This document shows positions 50,791 through 59,289 of a DNA stretch of 64,000 nt, in pieces (position 1 is the first letter of the stretch; each line of letters opens with the position of its first letter). This DNA is from an uncultured virus (IMG/VR IMGVR_UViG_3300050343_000259) (Duplodnaviria > Heunggongvirae > Uroviricota > Caudoviricetes). The notes under the pieces were generated by a model that saw only the letters and a program-made list of their open reading frames with translations, ran no database searches and had not been told where the DNA came from. A program made the translations under genes and the position numbers. The stretch lies in the IMG/VR virus record IMGVR_UViG_3300050343_000259; one strand, given 5' to 3'.

Positions 50791-51621
50791 TTATTTACTT
50801 GCTCTCAAATTAGGTGTACTATTCTGAGTGCAAAATTTATTTCTTTCAAAATTTGTTATAAACTGATTTAAAATGTCAAATCTTTCTTTATTTTGAGGTG
50901 TTGGAGTGTCCTTAAATGTTGTAAGGAAACTTTGATAAGCCTCTATTCTTGGATAACCAAGAGCCAAATAAATTAATAATCCATTCAAATCTGCTTCTGT
51001 TTCATCTTCCATATTCTCATTCAAATAAAAATGAGAAAACTCGTGTAATAGAATTGCCATTCTCATTGGAACAGTAAACTTTTTATAGTGTGCTTTGCTT
51101 ACTTGTATAATTCCTTTTGACTGACTAATTCTTGCAGGGGTTTGTATTACCAAACCTCTTTTTGTTCTAATATCATCAAAGTAATCTATTCTAAAATTAC
51201 CCTCATCTGAGATATATGTGCTTCCGTTTGGAAACTTTCCTGCACTTAATATTCCTGCGTTGTCTGAAAATTGTTGAGCAAAATTTGCAAAATCTCTTAT
51301 TTTTGGATTACTCCAATCAACACAATCCATTTTTCTTTCTAATGGTCTAGCATCTATTTTTACAACTTTAAATGATGCATCTTGACCCTTTTTCAAATTA
51401 CCGTTAGCTTTATTATATACACTTATAAGTGCTTCATAAGGAGATAAAGGCATTCTAACGAAGAATCTTTGCTTACCATCAATAGTTGCATATCTATTAG
51501 TATAATCAGTATTAGGCTTATTAATATCCTTAACTACTATCTGAATTTTTTGAGGACTATTTGTTACGACCTCTATCATAATAGTTAACGATTTTTGCTT
51601 TGTTTTAAATAAAATATTCAT
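50791..51621 (-). CDS. Zincin-like metalloprotease (HExxH)
   Basis: MAILLHEFSHFYLN...ETEADLNGL: HExxH plus downstream E-x-x-A-D ligand helix. Confidence 0.7.
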   Translation of the reverse strand: MNILFKTKQKSLTIMIEVVTNSPQKIQIVVKDINKPNTDYTNRYATIDGKQRFFVRMPLSPYEALISVYNKANGNLKKGQDASFKVVKIDARPLERKMDCVDWSNPKIRDFANFAQQFSDNAGILSAGKFPNGSTYISDEGNFRIDYFDDIRTKRGLVIQTPARISQSKGIIQVSKAHYKKFTVPMRMAILLHEFSHFYLNENMEDETEADLNGLLIYLALGYPRIEAYQSFLTTFKDTPTPQNKERFDILNQFITNFERNKFCTQNSTPNLRASK

Positions 51622-51749
51622 TTCTTAATTACCAAAATTATTAAACCTAATAATATGACTCCTCCTACTAACCTTAATCGAGTTACTGATATACCCTTTA
51701 TTTGCATATCCATTTCTTCTCTTTCTAAAGGTTGTAGTGCCACTTATCA

Positions 51750-52058
51750 TTACTTTTTAAAATTTATAATACTCTCCTTTGCTATGTAACCTCCGGCTAA
51801 TCCTCCGGCTAAAACTCCCATCCATACACTTTTCTTTCTCCATAATGATAGAATAGCCCCTAATACACTTCCTAATACTGCTCCTTTCAACATCTCTTTA
51901 GTGCTATCTTTAACTAAAGCTGCCTTTCCATCATCTACAATCGTACTGATACTTTCTTGTGTTTCAGTTGGCATTGTCATTCTGTTTGTGACATTATTTT
52001 GTCCATCAAAAGAAATTTCCTGAGCCTCATCAAAAAGATTTACTTCGCTATCAAACAT
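51750..52058 (-). CDS. membrane protein with glycine-zipper hairpin
   Basis: GAVLGSVLGAIL...GVLAGGLAGG. Confidence 0.75.
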   Translation of the reverse strand: MFDSEVNLFDEAQEISFDGQNNVTNRMTMPTETQESISTIVDDGKAALVKDSTKEMLKGAVLGSVLGAILSLWRKKSVWMGVLAGGLAGGYIAKESIINFKK

Positions 52059-52069
52059 ATTTCAAAGAA

Positions 52070-52768
52070 CTAATTTTGTACTGCCGGTGATGAACTTCCT
52101 TTTCTGCTATTATATAAAGCAAAACCTATAACTGCTAAAACCCCAACACCTAATAAAATAAATACAACTTTGCTAGAGCCTCCTAAACCTGCTTGAGTTG
52201 GCGGTAATACAGTTTGATTTGCACCTAATTCCATTTGCTGCAACATCAAATCTCTATTCATTCCTGCAAGTTCCAATTCGTGAGCCCTTTGCTTTCCTGC
52301 TTCTTTATAACTTTTATTTCCTTGCCAAATACCTGCAACTGTAGATAAGACTTGAATTCCTCCGTTTAACCATTGTCCGCCTGTTACTCCTGCACCTGTA
52401 CTTGCTGATGGAGCAGGAACTCCTCCTACTTGATTCATAAATCCATCTCTACTAGCATCCGTGTCCATTGGACTAATTTCTTCTGCACCTTCAATAAATG
52501 GCAATTGATTAGCTAAAACTAATTTCATAATTCCAATCCTTACACATTCACTTGTTAAATTGTATGCTACTGCCGTAACTAATTCAACTTTTCCTGCTCG
52601 TGAAGAAACTTTCACACCACAGTTAATAAGTGTTTTTCGTACTAAAGCCGGTCTACCCTCTATCACTTTAGCAACTTCGGATAACATTAACTCTCTCGTT
52701 ATAGCCATATCTTTTGTTTTATTTATTGCTTTAAAATTTTCTTTAAAATTATGATGCTCATATCTCAT
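52070..52768 (-). CDS. tail-anchored protein (30236 family)
   Basis: FMNQVGG, amphipathic segment, QAGLGG + TM. Confidence 0.8.
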   Translation of the reverse strand: MRYEHHNFKENFKAINKTKDMAITRELMLSEVAKVIEGRPALVRKTLINCGVKVSSRAGKVELVTAVAYNLTSECVRIGIMKLVLANQLPFIEGAEEISPMDTDASRDGFMNQVGGVPAPSASTGAGVTGGQWLNGGIQVLSTVAGIWQGNKSYKEAGKQRAHELELAGMNRDLMLQQMELGANQTVLPPTQAGLGGSSKVVFILLGVGVLAVIGFALYNSRKGSSSPAVQN

Positions 52769-52769
52769 A

Positions 52770-53279
52770 CTACTTTTTTGCTATTATATATCCTACCGCA
52801 AAACCAACTGCTAATAAAAGAATTGGAGATGTTTGCATTTCTTTCATTTTTCTATCTCTTGCTCTCCTATCTCTTTTTAGCTTTTCTCTAAGTATTTCTT
52901 TTTTTACTTCTTTTATTTCACTTACTACCTCTTTTGCATCAAAATTAGAACTTGATGTATTAGGCTCAAATGAAGATGGAGCCTCCGGTTTAAATGGGGT
53001 TGGCTCTACAACTTCAGGTTCAGCAAATCCCGGTGTTCTACCTGTTGCATAAGCGAAATCTTTATCTGAACCAAATGATTTAGTGAAAGACTCTAATAAA
53101 GACTTATCAGGATGAATTTCACTAATATCTTGTAAGGCAACTTTTTTGTATTTTCTTACAATTATTTTTAATCTGCTAATTAATTCACTTATACTGTTGG
53201 TAGCTTGAAAACCATAATTACTTAAAAGTTCATTAGCCCCTGAAGAATTATTATGTGCTATGTATGTGTATAAATTCAT
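52770..53279 (-). CDS. tail-anchored protein
   Basis: EIHPDK motif, C-terminal TM + KK. Confidence 0.8.
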   Translation of the reverse strand: MNLYTYIAHNNSSGANELLSNYGFQATNSISELISRLKIIVRKYKKVALQDISEIHPDKSLLESFTKSFGSDKDFAYATGRTPGFAEPEVVEPTPFKPEAPSSFEPNTSSSNFDAKEVVSEIKEVKKEILREKLKRDRRARDRKMKEMQTSPILLLAVGFAVGYIIAKK

Positions 53280-53317
53280 TTTTATCTTTTTTGTATATTT
53301 TTAATTTATCTTTTAGT

Positions 53318-53370
53318 AAAAAAAAATGGGGCTCGAAGAAAATGCCTTTGCATCTACCTCTGCCCCATTT
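53318..53370 (-). terminator. Intrinsic terminator after the candidate capsid gene
   Basis: AAATGGGGC...GCCCCATTT stem followed by T9 on - strand. Confidence 0.75.
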
Positions 53371-53403
53371 AATATCTAATCTCTAAGAATTAATAACTTA
53401 ATA

Positions 53404-54153
53404 TTAACCCTGTAATGCACGAGCAACTCCTTGACCAAGAACAATCTTGTCTTGTCTTACAACATTTGGATTACCATAACCACGAGCAATTGAATTGCCT
53501 GTTAGAGCACGACCTTGAGAAACAGTTTCAGATGGGAACAAGTAGACTTTTAAAGTCGCTTTTGCTGCAATACTGTTAACTGTTAATGTAGTAAAGCCAT
53601 CCCACTTATAGGTATGCTTTAATACAGTAATGTCTGTTTGGTTTTGGTAAGGGTCAATTGTAGGAACAAGAGTTTTTTGTTGTTGATTACCATTAGAGTC
53701 AACTACTTTTACTACGATAGTTTCTAGGACCTGTGTTGAGCCTCCATCACTTTGTAGGTAAGTTAATCCAACCACGAATGGTTTAGATGAACTTTGCCAT
53801 AAAAATTCAAGATAAGTTACACCTGAAATAGCCATATTATATAGGATATTTGCCGTGTTACCTGCTTCACCTGCCGGAATACCTCCACCTGCTGCGATTG
53901 CGGTTACCTTAGTTATCGTGTTATATGCTCCACCAATTTCAACAGATGCTACATCTGCTGCCGTAGAGTTATATAATGAGATAATGTAAGGTTGTGATGA
54001 ACTAGCATCAGCCGAACCCATTGCGTTTAAGTATTCTTCTTCAGAACCACCAAAGTCAAAAGCATCATCCCAATCATTTACACCATTAGCTGACATAAAT
54101 TCGTTTGAAATGTTTTCTTCTGCATCAGAGAAATAACGGTTTAAATTTTCCAT
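53404..54153 (-). CDS. Candidate major capsid protein (single jelly-roll-like) with acidic N-terminal extension
   Basis: Beta-strand-rich; codon choice looks high-expression; own terminator and structured leader; paralog at 19759; near packaging ATPase. Fold is inferred, not computed. Confidence 0.55.
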   Translation of the reverse strand: MENLNRYFSDAEENISNEFMSANGVNDWDDAFDFGGSEEEYLNAMGSADASSSQPYIISLYNSTAADVASVEIGGAYNTITKVTAIAAGGGIPAGEAGNTANILYNMAISGVTYLEFLWQSSSKPFVVGLTYLQSDGGSTQVLETIVVKVVDSNGNQQQKTLVPTIDPYQNQTDITVLKHTYKWDGFTTLTVNSIAAKATLKVYLFPSETVSQGRALTGNSIARGYGNPNVVRQDKIVLGQGVARALQG

Positions 54154-54188
54154 TTTTTCTTTAATTTTATTTGGTTAAACAATTATAA

Positions 54189-54345
54189 TTCATAAACTTT
54201 TTATGAACTAAACAACATAAACTCCCCTTAACGGGTCACTCTTTTTACAAAACTTAATAATTATCTTGTTATCAATTATCAACCTTTAGGAGCCGTGGGC
54301 TCAACTAAAAGGACCATATCAAACTGACTGCCCTTGGGACTTACC
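54189..54345 (-). promoter_or_regulatory. Structured leader upstream of candidate capsid gene
   Basis: Hairpins at 54283-54312 (CTTT[T]AG/GAGCC-cac-GGCTC/CTAAAG) and 54189-54207 (TTCATAAA-aag-TTTATGAA). Confidence 0.45.
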
Positions 54346-54356
54346 ATCAATAATTA

Positions 54357-54485
54357 CTATGCTTCACCATCTTTGTCTAGGAAATTCTTTTCAACCACAT
54401 TTGCTCCAATGATACCTATCATTACACCAACTGCGACTCCAAGAATACCCATCAACATAGACTTTTTTCCTTTTCCTTCAATCAT
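54357..54485 (-). CDS. small membrane protein (42 aa) preceding the capsid gene
   Basis: MIEGKGKKSMLMGILGVAVGVMIGIIGANVVEKNFLDKDGEA. Confidence 0.7.
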   Translation of the reverse strand: MIEGKGKKSMLMGILGVAVGVMIGIIGANVVEKNFLDKDGEA

Positions 54486-54671
54486 CTTACTAAAGATTTT
54501 AAATTAAACTTAGGCACAAGCCATTGTTAAATACAAAAACAAATTTATAAACATATATAGGTTTATTAGCTTGTTGTTATGTAAATAAGTGTAACCGGTT
54601 TGGTTGAAGTTATTTTAGAAAATACTATTTAACCCTGAAAATTTGATAAAAAAGTTGAAATTAAGTTGAAA

Positions 54672-54908
54672 TTAAAATGATTTTTTAACTTCATTGACTA
54701 TTACACCATTCATAATAGAAAATATTCCTACTATTAATGCTAACTTAACTAACTCTTTAGAATCCGGTAATTTGAAGTTATTTGGATTTGTCACTTCGCC
54801 TTCTAATTCTTTTGTATGATTTTTACCCATATTAAAATGGATAATTGCTTCAGTCATAAATAGAACAAAAGTTGTGCCTCCAACAATAAGACCTAGATTC
54901 TTTTTCAT
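54672..54908 (-). CDS. two-TM protein
   Basis: TTFVLFMTEAIIHFNMG...LALIVGIFSIMNG. Confidence 0.75.
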   Translation of the reverse strand: MKKNLGLIVGGTTFVLFMTEAIIHFNMGKNHTKELEGEVTNPNNFKLPDSKELVKLALIVGIFSIMNGVIVNEVKKSF

Positions 54909-54912
54909 TGGA

Positions 54913-54920
54913 CAAAGATA
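54913..54920 (-). promoter_or_regulatory. TAnnTTTG promoter element
   Basis: TATCTTTG 4 nt upstream of ATG 54908. Confidence 0.55.
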
Positions 54921-54942
54921 TATAAAAATATATTATAAAAAA

Positions 54943-56417
54943 TTAATTCAATATTTTTTCAATTTCCATTCCTGTTAAAACATACTTAATATCAGGATTT
55001 ATAGCAATATGATATTCTTTATAAAGCCCCATAGCTATTGCCATAGAAACGGAAGGATTGCAATAAAACTTACTACATTTTTTTATCATCCAAGCCATAT
55101 CATATAAGTCTTTGACTTTATCACCATAAAAAATTAAATTATCTTTTACATCATATTCTTTTAAAAGGGCTTCATATTCATCTTTTAAACCAATAAAATA
55201 GTTTTTACCTTTTTGTTCTTTTATGCATTTTTCCCAATTAAAATCTACACCATCTCTGTACCTCTGTGTTATATGGAAAACATTAAATTTTCCTTTTGGA
55301 ATTTCTACATTATTATTTAATTCAGGAGTATTAAATTTAAAATCATCCTTTAATAATAAATAAGGAAATGGGGTGTCTTGAGGATTTTCTTTCCAAACTC
55401 TAAAATATGAAAACACTACTTGTTCTTCAAAAAGTTTTGGCGAAAGCCTAAAATAATCTAAATCATAATCTAACTCTACTGAATTATCATATTTTACTTT
55501 AACACCTGTGTCGATTTCAGATGTTGAACCTTTTTTGTATGTTTTTTCTCCAAAACCATCTTTATATAAATTTACATTATTTATATAAGGTTGACATTTA
55601 AGCAGCCTGTATAAAGATTGATATTGCTTATTGGTGGCAGAAAATTTATGTTTATTTTTTAAATAAATATCTCCTCCTCCTTTTTTAATAATTAATGGCA
55701 ATGAAAATATTACATCTCCTAAACTTCCGCTATGTAAAAAACTTTGAACTCTTTTTTTAGAAAAATTTTCTACCCCTACTTCTTCTATAAATTCTTCTGT
55801 GCTCTTTATATTCATCCACTCTTCTCTGTTTTTTGAGAAATTATCCCAATCAAGAGTTATTTTACCTTTGATAGCCGGTTTTTTCTTTTGGGCAAATGTA
55901 ATCATACCAACCCCTGTATCTGTATCAATTACTGACATTTCTACATCTGTTCTTTCATTTCTAACTCGAACAAATGCTTTCCAAACATCTCCATTCCAAT
56001 AACTTGTTACTGCCGGTACTTTTTGATGGTCCTCTTCTAAAGGCAAACAATCGTGCATTAAAATTGTACCCCCCTTTATTTAAACAATCTATAGAATTAT
56101 TTATATCTCTATATACTTGCTCATTTAGGTGTAATCCATCAATAAATATAATATCATATTTGTGATTGTGATTTTTAAAATATTCATCTGATGTCATTCT
56201 AAAATCTACATCTATTTCTGATGGTTTCCATTTTTTATCAGATGTACTTTTAGCAACAGAAAATTCCGCTAAAAATCCTTCATCTAAAGGGTCACATCCT
56301 TTTTTATCATCTATTATAATTTGATTGAAACATTCTTTATCCCTTACCCCTATTTCGAGATATGTTTTGTAATTGTTTTTTTTTAATCAATGCGTTTATA
56401 ATGTCAAATCTTTTCAT
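54943..56417 (-). CDS. Class I SAM methyltransferase fused to a GT9-like glycosyltransferase; two +1 homopolymer frameshifts
   Basis: Correcting T9 (56376-84) and C6 (56069-74) gives MKRFDIINALIKKNNYKTYLEIGV...IFIDGLH...GGTILMHDCLP...HSGSLGDVIFSLP. Confidence 0.8.
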
Positions 56418-56437
56418 TTATTTATTTTTTAAAATAT

Positions 56438-57256
56438 TTATGTTAGGAAATATTGCTGCCTTATTCTAGCCCTTACTTGTCTAATAGCTTCATCTCTATC
56501 AATTTTAGAGCCATCACTTAAACTTTTTTTATTAATAGCAGGTTTTACTACGGAATTAAAATTTTTAGATAAGTATTCATCTATTCCATTATTTATAATT
56601 GCTTCAGACATTTTTCCTTTTAATTTTTCTTCATCTAAATCTACATACATAAAATATCTAGGATTATCATTAAAATACTGTGTGTTTACTATATTTTCAG
56701 CTATACTAAACATTTCGTATTTATCAGGAAATTTATTTCTATGTCTTTCAATACTATCTGAGTTTTTATGAAACCTCAACCAATTAGCATTTTGCCATAC
56801 TTTAGTTGTTATTCTTCCAATACTCTGAAAATGCATAATAATATCTAAGTCTGTGTGTCTGTTGGAGCAAATAGCACCTACAATATCTGTTGGAAGATGG
56901 TCACCTACATACTTATTAATGTCCTCAATCAATAACATACCCCCTCTAAAATAGTGTAGTATATCCCATAATTGATTTGCTATTTCTTTTAAAGTAAGTC
57001 TTATTCCTGTTTGCTCATTAAAAGGTCTTACCCTTCTTATTTCTGCGGTAGGCATAACAGAAAATCTTACTAAATCTTTCATAGATATAGCTTTATAATC
57101 TACAAACTCATCATTAACATCTAAAATTAATACTCTACGAGGAAGAACCCCTTTTGATGGATTTCCATAAACATAGGATTCAATAAGTATTTTAGTTTGA
57201 TAAGTTTTACCAATCCCTTTTTTTCCTACTGCCATTCCTAGCTTTGGTTCTCTCAT
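56438..57256 (-). CDS. A32/P9-like (FtsK-HerA superfamily) ATPase, candidate genome-packaging ATPase
   Basis: N-terminal Walker A GKKGIGKT, strand VLILDVNDEF, Walker B LLIED, RH..LDIIMHFQ (Arg finger and Q sensor); compact, no TM. Confidence 0.8.
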   Translation of the reverse strand: MREPKLGMAVGKKGIGKTYQTKILIESYVYGNPSKGVLPRRVLILDVNDEFVDYKAISMKDLVRFSVMPTAEIRRVRPFNEQTGIRLTLKEIANQLWDILHYFRGGMLLIEDINKYVGDHLPTDIVGAICSNRHTDLDIIMHFQSIGRITTKVWQNANWLRFHKNSDSIERHRNKFPDKYEMFSIAENIVNTQYFNDNPRYFMYVDLDEEKLKGKMSEAIINNGIDEYLSKNFNSVVKPAINKKSLSDGSKIDRDEAIRQVRARIRQQYFLT

Positions 57257-57257
57257 T

Positions 57258-57884
57258 CTATAATTTTTTAAATGTAGCAGTTAATATATTTGGTGTGTAA
57301 TTTTTATCAATTCTAACTTTATCTTCTATGTTAGTATAATTAATAATTTCAAAACCCATTCTTTTCATAAATTTTTCTAATGATTTTTCATCAAAGTGAT
57401 ACAAATGTTCATCAGGCTTTCTATGTTTCCAATTATTAAACCATTCATCATCTGATGCCCCCCAACACCAAGGAAGAGATATAACTGCGTATTTACACTT
57501 TAAATCTTTTACAAACTCAATATCATTAAAATGCTCTAAACTGTCAAAAAATGTAATCACATCCACCTCAACAGAGGTTATATCTTTTACAAATTTTATA
57601 TTATCTTTTAAAGGATATGCAGGTTCTACATCATTTCCATAAAGAACATCTATTGAGTTTTTACACGCATCTAAAAAATCTCCATTGCCATATCCAACAT
57701 CCATTAACGATTTTGGAATATGACCTATTGAGCCAATAATATATCCTAATCTTAGGTTAAGTATATTTCCCCTGTCATTAAATACTGAATACCTGCTATC
57801 TGAATATTCTTTAGAATATATATACGGTTTGCAATTTATTTGCTTAACTACTCCATCTATATTTTTTTTATAGTTAGCTAACAT
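57258..57884 (-). CDS. SAM-dependent methyltransferase
   Basis: LMDVGYGNGDFL...ITFFDSLEHF...EHLYHF. Confidence 0.85.
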   Translation of the reverse strand: MLANYKKNIDGVVKQINCKPYIYSKEYSDSRYSVFNDRGNILNLRLGYIIGSIGHIPKSLMDVGYGNGDFLDACKNSIDVLYGNDVEPAYPLKDNIKFVKDITSVEVDVITFFDSLEHFNDIEFVKDLKCKYAVISLPWCWGASDDEWFNNWKHRKPDEHLYHFDEKSLEKFMKRMGFEIINYTNIEDKVRIDKNYTPNILTATFKKL

Positions 57885-58316
57885 TTATTTTTTTTTATAG
57901 TCATTCACTTTTTTTTCACTTTCACCTGCTTCAAATCGTTTCATAAAATCTTCTTTGTAATAAATATATGTGTCTACATAAACATTTTTTTGAGATACGA
58001 TTTCTATTTTAATATTATGAGCATCTATTTTTGCCTGTGCTACATCTAATAGCATTTTATTATCCTCAATAGGATGTGCAATATATTCTTTAAGACATTT
58101 TTCTTTATCTTCTAAAAGTTCAACATATTTTTTTCGCAATTCTAACTGCCCCTCTAATCTTTCTTTTTGACCCTTCATAGAAGTATCTCTCTTCTTATCT
58201 CTTTCGCCTATATATTTTGTTATATCTCCGGGCATTTTCCACTTAAAGTCTTTATAATGAGTTTTTTTTGGCTCTTTCCTTAAATACTCTTTTCCGTTGT
58301 TTGCAAAGTGATTCAT
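57885..58316 (-). CDS. coiled-coil hypothetical protein
   Basis: 143-aa ORF. Confidence 0.7.
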   Translation of the reverse strand: MNHFANNGKEYLRKEPKKTHYKDFKWKMPGDITKYIGERDKKRDTSMKGQKERLEGQLELRKKYVELLEDKEKCLKEYIAHPIEDNKMLLDVAQAKIDAHNIKIEIVSQKNVYVDTYIYYKEDFMKRFEAGESEKKVNDYKKK

Positions 58317-58336
58317 ATTTTAATTGTGTTTATTTT

Positions 58337-59044
58337 TTAATTATAATCTTTTCCAAATTCTCCCCATTTTGAATTCTTATGTTTACATATTATACCTGTA
58401 TGAGCAAAATATTTTTGACCATTACGATATAAATCGTTTATGTAAACCACATCAGGAAACCATCTTTGCCCTTCTATATATCTGAAATCATACTTTTCAA
58501 ATACCGGTCTTGCAATCAAAATGCACCCTAAACCTGCTGACAATGTTTGAACAGGCTTTCCATCTATCATAAAGTTGTTACTTGCCCCTGAAATAGAACA
58601 TCTATGGTCATCTAAGTCTGATGATATTCTATTCAACATAGGTTGCCTATTCTCGTTATCGTTTAACTGATACAAGGCACCTATTACGGGCTTTCTTTCA
58701 AACATTAAGTCCTGAATTACATCAGGTGGAGGAAACACATCTGTTTCGAGATGAAGTATGTAGTCGTAATTCTTTCTTAAAGCATACTGCCTACACAACT
58801 CGTGACTAATCGCTAGTCTTTTTAAAACAGAATCTTTGTTATCTTCTTCAGTTACATTAATACAATCAAAACCTTTGGTTTTAATATATTCACTAAAGTC
58901 CTTTGTCAAAGAATTGTCCGCAAGAAAAACATCATATTCAGGATAGGTAAAGTTTTTTACATTTTCTGCCCACTCATCAAAGCAATAATCTTTTATATCT
59001 GATTGTGGTCCGCAGACTAAAACCTTTTTCCTTCTGTATTTCAT
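58337..59044 (-). CDS. GT-A fold (GT2-like) glycosyltransferase
   Basis: Probable start MKYRRK at 59044; YDYILHLETDVFPP...AGLGCILI...CKH. Confidence 0.8.
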   Translation of the reverse strand: MKYRRKKVLVCGPQSDIKDYCFDEWAENVKNFTYPEYDVFLADNSLTKDFSEYIKTKGFDCINVTEEDNKDSVLKRLAISHELCRQYALRKNYDYILHLETDVFPPPDVIQDLMFERKPVIGALYQLNDNENRQPMLNRISSDLDDHRCSISGASNNFMIDGKPVQTLSAGLGCILIARPVFEKYDFRYIEGQRWFPDVVYINDLYRNGQKYFAHTGIICKHKNSKWGEFGKDYN

Positions 59045-59048
59045 TTTT

Positions 59049-59258
59049 CTATTTCTTTTTCGTAAATCTTCCTCTAGGTCCTCTGTCAACATTTTTGTTG
59101 TACTGAGGATGCAGGTTCTTTTGAGCCCTCTTGATACTTTCTACTCTTTTGTCTTTGGGTTTAGAAGAATCATTTTCACAACTTCCTTTTCTGTTACACA
59201 AAGAATAAATAGAAAAACCAAAAAGAATAAGAACTACTAAAAAAATAATTATTTTCAT
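59049..59258 (-). CDS. small N-terminal TM protein with RGPRGRF tail
   Basis: ORF. Confidence 0.7.
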   Translation of the reverse strand: MKIIIFLVVLILFGFSIYSLCNRKGSCENDSSKPKDKRVESIKRAQKNLHPQYNKNVDRGPRGRFTKKK

Positions 59259-59289
59259 AATTTCATTTTTGGGTTAATACTAAGTTTAA

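Noticed and set aside
9023..56165. Short + strand ORFs antisense to - strand genes (e.g. 11344, 20067, 31046, 46117, 49674)
   Set aside because: They overlap stronger genes on the opposite strand and have no recognisable motifs
56438..57256. Terminase large subunit or conjugative VirB4/TraD
   Set aside because: Too short (272 aa), no nuclease domain or TM, and no portal or T4SS genes nearby
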